The notes under the pieces are model-generated. The model searched no databases and had not been told where the DNA came from. It saw nothing but the letters and a program-made list of their open reading frames with translations. A DNA stretch of 64,000 nt, from positions 23,704,600 to 23,768,599 of the forward strand of contig OZ316896.1 in assembly GCA_973895155.1 (NCBI GenBank), in the 5' to 3' direction. A program made the position numbers and the translations under genes. Shown here piece after piece: positions 12,266 through 25,600 of this stretch (position 1 is its first letter; each line of letters starts with the position of its first letter). The DNA is from Marsupella aquatica (taxonomy: Eukaryota > Plantae > Marchantiophyta).

Positions 12266-12499
12266 GTAATAGTCAAACTATTTAGTTACTTTGTAATAAA
12301 ATATAAACCTAATCTATATACTTAATAATATATTTAGTGATACTAGTGTTTTCATCATGAATAATTGAATTATCATGACATATCATCCCTACCAAACCTG
12401 TCCATCCTTCGGATGCACCACACCTATAGATCACAATAATCTTCATTCTCATCCAAAGCTTCAAAGTCATCTAGTTCAAACTCTTTCTCTTCTATCACA

Positions 12500-13648
12500 A
12501 AGTGAGTTCGCCGCTTAGACAATTTCACTCGCTTTCCTGCATAGGAATTGCGATGAATTTCTCCATCAAGTTCTCTAACCAAGTAGGTTGCGTTAGGGTT
12601 GATTTTTTCAACAACAAATGATCATTTTCAATGACGTGCAAACTTCTTTAAGGTAGAATGTTGTTGCTCGAATCCTCCTTCTTAGATCAATACCCAATCT
12701 TCACTCTGGATTGGAATTGGCCTCAGACGATGAGTCTTATGAAATTGCTTCTTATTTTTCTCACAAGCCTCCTTTAGCTTTATTAAAGTCTCCTCAATTT
12801 TTTCCTTGGTCTCGATAAAGTGCTCAATCCTCCGTTCCAATAACTCATCTCGAGTGATGTCATATTCCCAATCAATTGTTCTCCAACTTTGAACATTTTC
12901 TTCAATCTGCATCAAAGAGAAATGTCCACAGACCAATTTGGCAGGTGTAAATCCTATTGTGGAAGTGCATGTCATTTGATCTACTAAAAGAGCAAATGGT
13001 AAAAGGTTTGGCCACATCGATGCTTTTCCTAGGCAAGACTTCACCAAGGCATGTACAATCGGTGGGTGTCCTCGCTCAATCTTTCCATTGCCTTCCGGGT
13101 TGTAGGCAGCAGTAAGTTTGAGCTTGATGTTGAATTGATCAAAGAAATCTGCAGCCTCATCTGAATTGAGTTCTTCTCTATCTGCTCTCATTTGCACAAA
13201 ATAACTGTGATGTGCAATGATATCTTCAAGTACAAACCTACATACTGCTTCAGTAGTATTAGAGGTCAAAGCCCTTCCTTCCACATAAGAAGATAAATCT
13301 TCTCTTACAAGAACAAGATACTTTGCTCCTCTAACTCCCAATGGCATGTGCACGACATCTATTGCCCACTGAAAATGTACGATAAAGGACTAGTAGGATT
13401 AAACCCATCTCTAAACCTAACTTTAGAGTAATATTGCAAGTCTTACAAGACTCAACATATGATTTTACATCCACATACATGTCTGACCACCAATACCATC
13501 TCTGAATCTTCTCATAAGTAGCTCTAACTCCTCGATGTCCTACTTCAACTGCATCATGAGAGTCCCACAAGACCTTTTTCTTCTCCTCATCAGTATCAAG
13601 GACTCTACACGGAACATGTCCTTTTTTCAAAGATCTTGGTGTTCTCAT
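12500..13648 (-). pseudogene. Ty3/Gypsy-type integrase remnant
   Basis: HHCC zinc domain (HDAVEVGHRG...YWW...CKTC) and core (REDLSSYVEGRAL, AYNPEGNGKIERGH); frameshifted. Confidence 0.85.
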
Positions 13649-13811
13649 GGAAGGTATAGATTGTCGGAAGGCGATCGATGGGGCTCACTTGCAACCGGCC
13701 TCCTGATCTCCACACTAAAAAAGATGTATATCAACCTTGTAGAACTTATGGCTAGCTAGAGTTAGGGGACCTCATTCCCAGCTAGGGAGGCAATTGTGGG
13801 TTTTGGACATT

Positions 13812-14399
13812 TGTGGATAGGAGTTCCACTTGTACTCCATTCTCTTATGTTTGTGATGTTGATTGTGACTATGCTTAGATATGTGTGACAAGCGATGTAT
13901 GTTGTGTAGCGATGTTTATGCGCACGACAACTATCACACCATTATGAGTGGTAGTATAGGATATCGGACTATGTAGGTTTGAGGCTTTCATATGTGTGTT
14001 ATCTAAGTGTTTTAGGGTTAGTATATGTTTGTGAGGGATAGTTATATATCTCTTTGTGTTGGCTCAAAGGTCTCATCTTTTGATGTTGAGCCTTTCGAGC
14101 ACAAACTCTAGCGGCTATGGTGTGGTTGTCTAGGTTGTGTGTACGTAACGTGGATTCCTTGAGGCGCAAGGTGGGTTTGGCTTGACATAAGTGTGTGATC
14201 GCGTCGGGCAGGATTGTGTGTTTGATTGGCATCAATTGCTGTTCGATTGCTCTTGAAGATTATTGTGGGTTTTGAACATGTATGGATAGGAGTTCCACTT
14301 ACAGTACTCCATTCTCTTATGTTTGTGATGTTGATTGTGACTATGCTTAGATATGTGTGACAAATAATGTATGTTGTGTAGCGATGTTTATGCGCACGA
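13812..14399. repeat. ~118-bp direct repeat pair in probable TE-derived sequence
   Basis: 13812-13929 matches 14280-14399. The intervening 13935-14080 resembles 21080-21225. Confidence 0.75.
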
Positions 14400-15744
14400 A
14401 AAAAACTTGGCGAGGGTCTCTGAGATGATTCTCGGCCAGACCTCAAGGTCCTCTCCGCGATATGCTAGCGTATGTAAGATTTCTTAACGTATGTCAAATT
14501 GCCAATGTGGGCTACCTTGCCAACATGCAAAACTTGGCGAGAGTCTCAGATGATTGTTGGCCATATCTCGAAGGCCCTCTTCAAGATATGCTTGCATGCC
14601 TCAGACTGCTCCAAGTGACAATAGAACTTTACGATAGCCTCCAATCTCAAAGACCCTTGCCGACATGGGATGACGTATTTTGGCCAGACAACACAACTTG
14701 TCGACCCTCTTAACAATTTTAAAGGTTAGCTACAACATACATTGTGTCTCTCAGAGACCCTCTCCGAAATGAAATTAAGGGTATTCCGTTTCAAATGAAG
14801 GAGCCAAATTGGTTGTATCCCACATCCAATGTCAGAGACCCTCGCCAACATACGATGATGAATACCCAAAAATGCATGCAAAGCCTACAGTCAAGTGACG
14901 ATGATGAAGCGCTTGGACAGTCCCAAAAACTAATCATGACGGTGCAAAAGGTTTGACCGTTAGAGGTCGACCAGACACCGCCAGAACTCAAAGGCCCTCT
15001 CACCTTAGAGTCACTAGCCTCGAATCTCACCCTTGCCAACATGGGATGACGTACAGTGGAGTCAGGATGACAAAGCGCTTGTACAATCCCAAAAACTAAT
15101 CATGACGGTCAAAATGGTCTTTGACCGTTAGAGGTCAAATTACCATAAACTCATTTATGATGGCCAAACTTGGAGTGCGTATGAATAGACATGTAGTCGT
15201 TATTACAAGGGTTGAGTTGAATATGGTAGGATACCAATGATTGTTGAATTGTTAGCAGCGACGTTGATGATCGTCTCAACCATTGCAGGTCACCTCAACA
15301 CGGACTCGATAGTGTTGATGGGATGTGACATGCATGTGAATAGATATGTACCCGTTATACGGCGATTGCTTTCATGCCCGATCCCCATTTGTACATATTT
15401 GGTGTGATAGCCAAGTGGGCCTTGGGTATATGAAATATGTGAATCAGTCATTCCATACTAAAGTCATTGTTATCAAAGTCCTTGTAAACATGGGCGAACA
15501 AAGATGGAGGTGAAGGCAATGTGGCAGCGCAATGTGCCCTCCCATTTGCCCCCTTCTTTCTCATGAGGGGAGAGCACATTTTCAGGAAGGAAACGGAGGC
15601 GCCCAAAGAGCAGCCATATCCGAGCTCTTGAGGCTGTTTTCAGATCACCAATCGTGGGAGTGTCGACCATGGCCGGACTGGAGTTTGTGATCGGTGTCCA
15701 AGACAGGCACACACCCATTGTCGTTGCCGTTTTGGGCGTCGTCC

Positions 15745-16020
15745 CACAGAAGAGGAAACGAGGTCGGTCACGGAAACATCCCATTGTAATGTCAATCGCG
15801 TTACATGATAACAAAGCTCCTCAGCTCTTGACAGAGAAGACAAAACGAGGTCGTCCCAGGAAGCATCCCATCGTCATGTCGATCGCGTTACTTGATAATG
15901 AAGCTCCTAGGCTCTTGACAGAGATTTGAAGAGGAAATGAGGTTGTCCCAGGAAGCATCCTATTGCAATGGCTACCACACTGCCTGACGGTGATGATGAA
16001 GCTCCTCGTCTGTTGAGATC
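15745..16020 (+). repeat. ~90-bp coding-like tandem repeat with AT-hook-like motifs, degenerate
   Basis: KRGRSRKHPIVMSIAL / KRGRPRKHPIVMSIAL / *GCPRKHPIAMA; the third copy is frameshifted and has a stop. Confidence 0.65.
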
Positions 16021-19000
16021 TCCAGATAATGGCAAGGTTGTTGGTGGTGCAAACAGACCTCGGATATCGTGATGGAATTCCTTACAAAGTCCAAAGACAT
16101 AGTCCTTGACTGGACTATCTGTGACGGAAGCTCGTTTCCAGTTGGAGAATACTCCGGGAGGTTTGTTGTCGGTGTCGAGGACAAGGACATTCTCCATTCC
16201 TGTGCTCAAAAAGGTTTAAACAGTGTTCTTGAGAGGCACTTGATCAAGGCAAAGATGATTAAGGATCAGGCAGCCAAGGGTAATCAAGACGTTGGGTCGG
16301 ATGATGAGTTCACAATTCCAGGAGATGAAGAGGCTGGACCTTCAAGCGAGAAAGACGAATTCGACCTGGAGTAAAGTACTTGGCCTCTTCTGATGTTGGA
16401 CTCCCTATTTGGTTTCTTTTGTTTTCTTCATTTTGGTTGCTCTTCTTCAACTGATGCCGGTGGTTGCGCCAGTGATAGGAGGGTGGAGGGGTTTTCTGAG
16501 GAGAGGTTTTGTCTTCGGAAGGAAGTCCAGGAATCCATTGTGGTTACTCCTGAGAAGCCTTTTACTCTTCCGTGCTATGTTGAGAAGTCGGCTAAGCAGG
16601 TTGATGAAGCTCCTGTGATCTTGACTTGGGAGGCGAAAGGTCTTCGATCAATGAGAGGTGCTCGAAGATATCTGGATTGTTCAAGGTTTATTGACAATGA
16701 GGTGGGGACAGTCCGTCAGTATTTAGATGAGTCTGCTGAGTCAACGGAGAGGGAGACCAGTAGTGATCCTAGTAGTAGTTTATGACTGAACAGGTAGAAA
16801 TTTGTGTGGCTGTACTGGTCACCGTCGACTCTTACAGTTTTGCTGTGTTGAGTTTTTGGCAATCCACACTTTCAATGTAAAGAGTGACCATGTTATGATG
16901 GAAGTGTCTACTAGTGGTGATCTTTGTTCAAAAACCAATGCTTGTGACTCAAGTATGGAATGCATATGACAATCATGCATGGTTTTTCCTTGTTATATTA
17001 CTTTGATTACTGTAAGAGGTGGAAAACTGAGATATTTGGCCATTGTTTTCATGGAATGTATTAGGATTTTCAAGGCCTCGCTGACAATAGTGCCTCGCTA
17101 GCAAAATCTCCTGTTTACTCGCACCATACAATTCCTCCTTTGTCCTGGCCTTTTTGGTCCTCCCTTTCAGTGGGGTTTAGTGGATTTTTGCTCGAAAAAA
17201 AAGATCTCTGGCACATTTCCTTTTCAAAATATTATCACACGATTTCCTTCATTGCCTGTTCAAACCGTTGTCAAACAATTTCATTGGAACCATCATATGA
17301 CGAAACGTTCTGCTGCTGATATTCTGGCTATGGATACGAAATTAGAATTTAATGTGCTGCTATTTGAATCGGGTGACAAACTCACTTCCATCTCGACGTT
17401 GGGCCATTGAAGAACAATCAATTAGGATGACTACCAATTCTTCTATGACTTCCACAAACAACTGCTGTTGTTATCACGTTGCAAAGAATTCTGATCACAG
17501 TAGCCTGATCAAACACAGAAACCTGAGTCAGCCCCAATTCTTACCATAAGTGTCAAGATAGAGGAAACCTGGTCGAATCCACTCATTCGTCCAATTCTCA
17601 TGCTGGTTCCCACAGCATCTGCGGTCATTCAAGTCTTTGTCACAGGGGATTGGTTTGGAAGATCTCTTTCAACCTGAAGAAACAAAATCCAGCTTTTTCT
17701 GGCTATTCTCTTTAGAAATTGGAGCAATTATGTTTGGATGCCCACTTACGCAGTACTTGCCCGATTGAGAATTCTATACATTCTCTTCCCCAGAGATACA
17801 GAGAGGCCCTTGCGGCACTAGTCCTTCCTCCCCTGTGTTCAAGACAAACAGGAACCGTTATATCACTTCAGTCATAGCAACCACTATAATTTCCTCCACT
17901 ACTTTCTGCTTGTTGTGACCTTCATTTAGATTTCAAGAGCAGTGCATGAGCTGGTGTCCGATTTCAGGGTGGTCAGTCACTGGATTTATATCACTGCGGA
18001 AGCAGTGTGGCGCCCTTGAGTTTCAATTTATGAATAGGCTTTGCAGAAGTGTTACAAGCTCGTGGCCCAGAAGTCTCTCCCCATCTTGTGTGCCTTCAAT
18101 CGATTCGATCCCGGCCAGGCTAACTGCCAAATGGGTGTGATAAAGGTGCTAATGATTGATGCAATGACAGCAGCCTGGCCGACAACAACCTGGTTCCACA
18201 TTCACCGCCGTACCTTTCAGTGAGGAATTGACAATTTGCCATGCGAAGTGGTACTCATATCGGCGAGACTGAACTGAAGGGTGAGTGGAAGCCTGACGCA
18301 GGAAAAGTTAAAACAGTGAAACCTTCTTTCACACGAGGTCTCTTAAACCTTGCCGGATCTATGAGATATCTGTTGTACATGTCCGCAATATCACTGTTGG
18401 TCAGCAGTGGGCTGCGATTGCTGTCCTGACGTTTGCTGCATCTGAGTACATAACTGCAACATTCCTTGTACCGACCTCATGGATATCTTCAGCCGGCCTG
18501 AGTGATTTGGAGTTGATATGGTGCAGCATCCTCTGAACATTTGATTCTCCATCACTTCAGCTAGTGACCTACCTGCAGTCGTATTTTTCAAGAGATCTCC
18601 AGAGACTCCAGAGTCTGGATGCCACACAGCCAAAAGTGCTCCAAAAAGTCGATTAGTGTTTCAGAACAGTGCTCAAAAACGTCGATTAGTGTTTCAGAAC
18701 AGAAAGACCTGCTTCAAAACTGTTGAGCGGAAGATGGATTAGGTAGCATATGACGGTGACATGGAGCAAGACTTTGTATGCACAACTTCAAAAAATGCCC
18801 AAACAAGTCGATTAGTGTTTAATAACAGAAAGGCCTTTGAGCGGAAGATCGAAAGATGGGTTAGGTAACATATGACGGCTCATCCTGACATGGAGCAAGA
18901 ACTTGTACTACCCAACTTCAAAAAATGCCCAAACAACATTCCCTTTTGGAGTAGCCAAAAGGATTCAGGGAGTCGAGTCCCTTGCAAAGTCAGAAAGTGT

Positions 19001-19902
19001 GCCACCTGCCCGTAACTTGCTACCCGAGGCTTAACGTAGTGCCTGGTGCCAGGGCATATACCATGGTGCGTCTGGTGGCTTGATTGGATCGTGATTCAAA
19101 AGATTGCTTTGTGGCAGCTCGATTGGATTGATCTTAATTATTTTGACGGAGATCGAATTGTTCTTCCTGATTTTAGCTCTCTTTAATCCTTCTTCCCCAA
19201 GCCCTAATTGTACTTCCTAATCACGCTAGCAGCTTGCAGTCCAGCTATCATCAGAGCACTAACCGTCCTTCCCAAACCCTAATCGTTCTTCCTCTCACAA
19301 TCGTTCTTCCTCTCTTGCAATCAAGCTTGCCAGAGGGGTCTTGCCCAACATCGCAGCCTAAAAAGCTTCGTAAAATCTAAAAAACTAGACAATCCTGCAG
19401 AAAGCATAATTATGGGCTTAAGATCACATCACATGGCATCTGTGCAGTATATGATTTCAAGGACTCATGAGCAGAAATGGAGATAGACTTTCGTAAAAAA
19501 GGGCTGTTGAAGAAATGAATTCAACTTTCAAAAACAGATCAACCCCAAGCAATACAACTCGGAAATTTGAAGAAAGGAAGACTCGATAGACGTGTATCAC
19601 ATTAGACGTGTATTCAGACCCTGCAGTTCGGCTGTCAGAACTAAAAATAAATGTGGGAAATCTTTCCACTTTAAACAGAAGAACCATAATTTCCTGATCT
19701 GAACGAAATACCCCTGCCTCGCCGACACTACCAATCCAAGTCGGTGCACGTTGTCTGATATGTATGTGCAACATCTTCTTCACGACTTACGTAAAGCCCT
19801 CCCTGATGTTTTCCTTTGTATATCAGAGACGATTTACGCAAAACAAACTTGCCTTGCTCAATTCGCATGGATTGGAGAGGAAAATGTCACAATTTCCTGA
19901 CA

Positions 19903-20765
19903 TCATGAACATATTTCGAGAAGGTACATATTCATCCAAGACCATTCCAGCAAGTGCTCGTCTAGAACCGTTGCGATCCAACGATCCCAGTCATTGCCCC
20001 ATTTACTCCATGGGATCATTGCCATAGCATACTCCCAATAGCTTGGGTACCATCCAGAGAATTCCCAATCAACAAGTATCACCTCTAGATCTTCCAAAGG
20101 TCGTCCATCCAGCGACTCGGGCTTTCGGACAAGGATATTATTTCGCTGAATGTCTCCATGGCTGAAAGTCGGCGGATGATCGCGGAAGATTTGACCGAAT
20201 ACGCGTTTGAAAAGGCTTGCTCTCCCTGGCAGACCGGTAGTGAAGTCATATTTCTTAATCATTGCGGCATTGAGCTCGTCTTCTGTATCGAATGGACCCC
20301 CAATTGACAGCGTTTCACTACGAAAGAGAGGATCTATCAGACCACGATTGCCTAGACTACAATAAGATCCCGGTGAGGGAAGTCCACGCAGTTGATGCAT
20401 ACTTCCTCGAAGCTTTGCTGAGATAACTGCTTTCTCCGCTTCAGTCAGGTTCGGCCATAAAGACTCGAGGGTGTCGCCATTCTCTCCATGACGATGTAAG
20501 TCTTGCCATCGGACATATCCGTGTAGATTGCGTAGACTCGTGGGACTGGAACAGAGGTGTTTCGCTGGACGAAGAGGATGTTTTGACCTTCAACCGGATC
20601 AGTGATCCCGCCATACTTGACCACGAAATGAGGCCCAACGCCAACCACTTTGTGGGCAACCCACTCCGTAAGTACCTCCTTCGAACTCTCGATCTCCTCT
20701 TTTGTTGGCAAGCGACCGGGAAGAGCCTGGGGATCTGCAAAGTATGGAAGAGTGATGGACAACAT
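19903..20765 (-). pseudogene. Aminoglycoside phosphotransferase/choline kinase-like (APH family) kinase of fungal appearance, one frameshift near 20478
   Basis: FVVKYG, VPVPRVY, YIVME, HGDIQRNNILV (Brenner motif) and LVDWEFSGWYPSYWEY. The two ORFs join via GDTLESLWPNLTEAEKAVISAKLRGSMHQLR if a small deletion is corrected. Confidence 0.88.
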
Positions 20766-21297
20766 GTTGAGTGTACCTTCCAGGACGAAGTCAAGGATCT
20801 CCCGAATAAACTATCCACCCGCAAGGCATTTGTCCGCACAGAGAAATCGCCGCGAACAGGAAAGAAACCTACAGTGTCGCGAGACTAGGCCGAGAGATCG
20901 TCGATTCTTTCACACCGCTTGTTCGACCAGGACTACGACGCAACTGGGAGGTCTCGTCCAATTGCCCGAGCAAAAGACAAGGTGCTGTGGGTGAGGGAGT
21001 CTGGTTTCTCCTCAGCCTGGTTGGCCCGGGTCCTTTGGGCCATGGGTGGGGCTAGTGGTGGGAGTCTTGGTTTGGCCTGTGACACCATTTGGAGTGGTAG
21101 TATAGTATATGATACTATCTTGGTTTAGTGGTTTGTATGTGTACTATATGAGCATTCAATGTTTAGTTTGAGTTTGTGTGAGGGATAATTATCTCCCTGT
21201 GTTGGCTCAAGGCCTCATCTTTCAAGGGTTATTGTAACCTATCATGGCGCTCGATTAGAGGAGCGCATGACGTAGTTGCATCTGCAAAGACAAATTT

Positions 21298-22000
21298 GTG
21301 CTTGGCCAAGAGAAAGAGTATGGTGATGTTCAAATGATGAGGCGTATGTTTTGGGAAATTGATGCACAAGATGTGAATAGCAGAAAAAAATGGGATTGTG
21401 ATCCGATCAAGGGAAGTAGAACTTTACATTGCTTTGATGGTTTTAGTAACAGTCTTTCAACTCTTTTACAAGTGAGGGAGCTTTGTTGTTTCTGTGCTCA
21501 TTGTGTAGATGATGAATCGGCCAAATGTGAGAATATAGAGTGGGTAGGACATTTTAAACTCGAGATGGTGAAAGGAGTATTGCCAAGTGATGTTCAGATT
21601 GACATAGAGAGCTTTGGAGTGGGGCAAGGGGGCTCTGAATGGGAGGAAGGCTAGATGGCAGAGTTGGTCACACTGGGTGATTCTATGTTGTGGAAGCTGA
21701 CCAACTAAATAAGTGGAATGTTGATTTTTACATCCTTCAATGTGAGGCAGTGCTGCAAAAAGTTCAGAAGAAATTCAGGGATGATTATGAGGTGGAGTTT
21801 GACACAGGTGACTTAGCATTGAAGGGACCTTGGTATTAACCAAACCCAGGAGCGAAACAAAATTTGTGTACAATGGTGCACCTTCAAGCTATACTCATGC
21901 AAGGTCTGTAGTTCACATCAGATTTGCTTTGACTCCTTGTGAGGTGCATATGCATACAAAAGGTGGTAGCAGAAGGTACAACTTAAAAGGAGATACACTT
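21298..22000 (+). pseudogene. Probable DNA-transposase C-terminal remnant (Cys-rich)
   Basis: PIKGSRTLH...RELCCFCAHC......CENIEWV pattern; stops downstream; family assignment from memory only. Confidence 0.4.
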
Positions 22001-22638
22001 GCAGCAATTATAGCTTCCCTAACTTCACAAGTTACAGTTAGTTCGAGGAAGTTTGTTTAGAAATTAGAACATTGGAGCCTTGGCCAGACCTCTCTAGGTG
22101 TTTGTGGCGCGTCCCATGCCTCTCTGAACCCAAGAACCCTCCCTGAGCAAGCCGATTCCCACCGGTTTCTTGCCTGCCAAGGCAAATTCCAAGGTTTATT
22201 GGCATGGGATGCTGCTTTCCTCTCACCATTGTACGTACTAACATTTTACCCACATATATTGGACAGATCCTTCATCGGGTCATGAGATATGTACCCGGCT
22301 TATTCTAGCCTCATTTCCGTCTCTTCTATCAGTCTTCCTTCAGGTATGTTTGGATTCCGCCCCCGGAATGATGCCCAATCGGCTTGGGTAGCCGCTGAGA
22401 GCCCGCTAAGAGCCCTCTTAGCTCAACACATCCAACTCTCCCTGCTTCTAAACTTACTTTCTCTCCTTAGTTGATGTGGGCAATCTTCACACAAGTTGAT
22501 GCGACACACAATTAGAAAGATGACTCCTACTGACTAAGGTATACCATGCCATTGCCATTGCCATACAAGGAGTACTTCTCATGCACAAGGTCTGCGAACT
22601 AAGCCGGAAGGCCAACTCTATTCAGCTCTTAGGCATGA

Positions 22639-25600
22639 TGTCACTTGCCTATCCAACGATAAATACGTGCAAACCGTACTTTTCCTTGCTTAAACCGTTG
22701 GTATCGTACTACGGGGTCGTGGAGGGACGCTATTTGGAGGATTTTCACACCTAAGGATGAGTGTGTTTGATTCCGCTCCCGGAAGTGTACTTTTTGATCA
22801 AGTCTACCGACTGGTCTCTCCGTTTTTGATCAAGTCCAAGGGACTGGTCCTACCATCTACAACTCATGCCCACCGGGTGAGTGCTGTCACCACCCCCCTC
22901 TCATGGGCAAGCATACAACCGTTTACAATAAGGTTTGAACACTAGGGACAAGGGCAAATGTTTCCACAATGAAACCGACCACATGCACTAGGGGAGGAAA
23001 ACAAACAACACAAGCAACAACAAGTGACACACAAAATATTGGAACCTCAAGCCAAATCCATATCTCTTGGTGTTTCCCATAACACATGCAAGGACAACCC
23101 GGCCTCCTGCCGTCTGCCCAACTCCTGCCTCCCGGGGACAAGTGCTACGTTCTCCACCTCACTACTCTGGCTTGAACTTCTCCTAATCGGTGCACTACTC
23201 ACAAAAGCTACTCCAAAGCATCCAAGTACTACGCTGAGTTCCCCCCCTTACTACTATGGGGCTCTCCCCCTAAATACTGAAAAAAAACACCAAAGCACCC
23301 CTCACGGAATGGCAACAACGGCGGCAACCCTAGCGGCGCCGCCAAAAACATCTAAGAGATAAACTAACCTAAAGCGTGCGGCACACACACGCTGTGAAAA
23401 ACCTGGCCCACTACGGTACCAACGGTGCCTTCGTCGGTACTCACATCCACTCCCTAGTGCATAAAAAGCAAGGCCCTACACTAGTCTTCATCGGACTCAC
23501 TGACTGAACCAGGGCTCCACCCCTGGAATCCTCACCTCCACCGCTTTGTCCAGAAGGAGAGGCCTCACTCCTAACCTGCTGTACCGGGGGAGTCCGACCG
23601 GAAGTGCTCCGCCTCCTCAATGCAGCTAAGGCTTGCCAAGCCTTCACATAACCCTGGCTAATAGTGTCCTTCCATAAGGCAGCCTCTTCACCTCCCTGCA
23701 ACTGCAAAGGTAAGACCTGGCCGGTAGCCAGAGGAGTCCCCGGGTTTACGGATCGGGGTGGCATCCCTGGCACCGGGATTCCGACGGATACGGTGGCACC
23801 GTGACTAGCAGATACGGTGGCACCGTGACCGGCTGGGGTTTCTCGTGATGACTTACGGGTCTCTCGCAACAGTTTCTCCAACATCTTACTCTTCTCCTTC
23901 TCCCTCTTGGCCGCTTCCAACATTGGCCCGTACCGTTGAGTTACTTCTCTTACCACCATCTCAATGGCTTTTGAGATCAAATCTGGGGAGAGGGTAGGGC
24001 TAGAGGGAGATGGGCTCTTCCTCTTCCCCAGCCTCAACGTATCGTTCCTCTTGGCCCTGGTCTCAAGGAGTCCAACTTGACCCTGTAAGTCTACAACTTC
24101 CTTCTTGAGTCTCTCGACCTCACCAGTGCCCCGCTTGAGTTTGGTCACTTCATCTCTCAAAACTCCCACCTCCAGCGCCTCCTTAGCCTTAGTAGATAAG
24201 GCTCCTTCCAGCTGTAAAACCTGAATATGTGATTCCTTGAGCGACCTCCCTTGCTCTTGAATTACCACCTCCTTTGCCTTGACCACCTCTTTCAAGGCCT
24301 CATTACTTACTTGTAACATTTCCACCTTGGCCTGGCCTTGGTTGATGGCCTCCTTCAATGTTCGGCACAACTTAAACCCCTCATGTACTCCATCACGAAA
24401 ATCATGTAATTCGGCCAAGTACACCTCGGGCACATCGTAATCAAGAGGCTCCTCTGGGTTCCCCACAAGGGACTCCAACCACCCCATAACACTATCCTCA
24501 TCTGGGTCATCTTCGGTAGTAGGTTGGGCTATTGGCTCAGACGGTGGCCCCTTCACCAAGCTTCCTAATATGGTGGTGGCTATCCTCCGTATTTCCGTGG
24601 TGAAGGGTGGCACCGTTTCCCCTCCTGTGCCCGGTGAGGGAAGAAGCCCTTCCCGCCTGGCCAATAGGAAAGACCCCATCAAGTGCATGCCTCCTCCAGT
24701 CTTCACACTCTTAGGATCCATGGCCAATGACTTCCTCATCCCGAAATACCACCATCCGTACGTGTGACGTGGGTGAGTCTTGATGTCGGTGGCAATAGCC
24801 AACTGATCTCCACTTACCGTCCCTGATTGCCCCCTACCAAGTACCCGCTGGTGTACCTTGGCCACAAACACCTTGTACGCTGGGTCCTTGAACGTTGAGA
24901 GGGGGATGGTAGTTACGGAAAGGGGGTCCCTCACCACCTCAGCTAGTTCTTCCGACGTAAAAACACCAGGTGGCTCTATTGGCTGAAACGTGAAGTCCTG
25001 GTCATCGAGAAATAAGAGCTTGGCCAACTCCACGTGAGGGATCAACTGACTGTTACAATGAAAATAAATCCCCTCCGTACGGCACTCCAATCCAACCGCA
25101 ATGTCCCAAGACCTGTCGGGAGGGATCATAATCTCTACACCCATGAAATTGGTGAGCCCTGTAGCCTGAAAAATCTCCTTGCCCTCTTCCATCACCTTGG
25201 CAGAAGTGCGGGGGTACACCCTACGGAAAACCTTCCGTACAACCGTAGTGCTAGGCGTTCCAGATCCCGTACTCATGGCGGCCGACCGACGTTTCTCTCC
25301 CTCCTCCCTAATTTGTGTGGCAATGTACTCCTGGTAAGCAGCCTTGTATCGACGAACACGGGCTGTACTGAACTCAGGTGGATCAAACATCCACACTAAG
25401 AATTCTCCTATCACCACAATTCCCGTCACACCGTACAATTCCTGGCCCGTATAGCCCCCGTACCATGATCTCGAGTCCACTCTACTTCCCCTCAGCCAAA
25501 CCACCAGAAGAAACCGTCACGAAAAGTTTCACTTACCAGACAATAATCTCCCCAAAAATCCTTGTTTCCCCGGCCCGTCCGGCCCCCAACACGACCGGCT

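Noticed and set aside
17180-19800. Possible host gene exons and local duplications (18640-18940)
   Set aside because: Only short ORFs, with no recognisable domain or consistent splice model.
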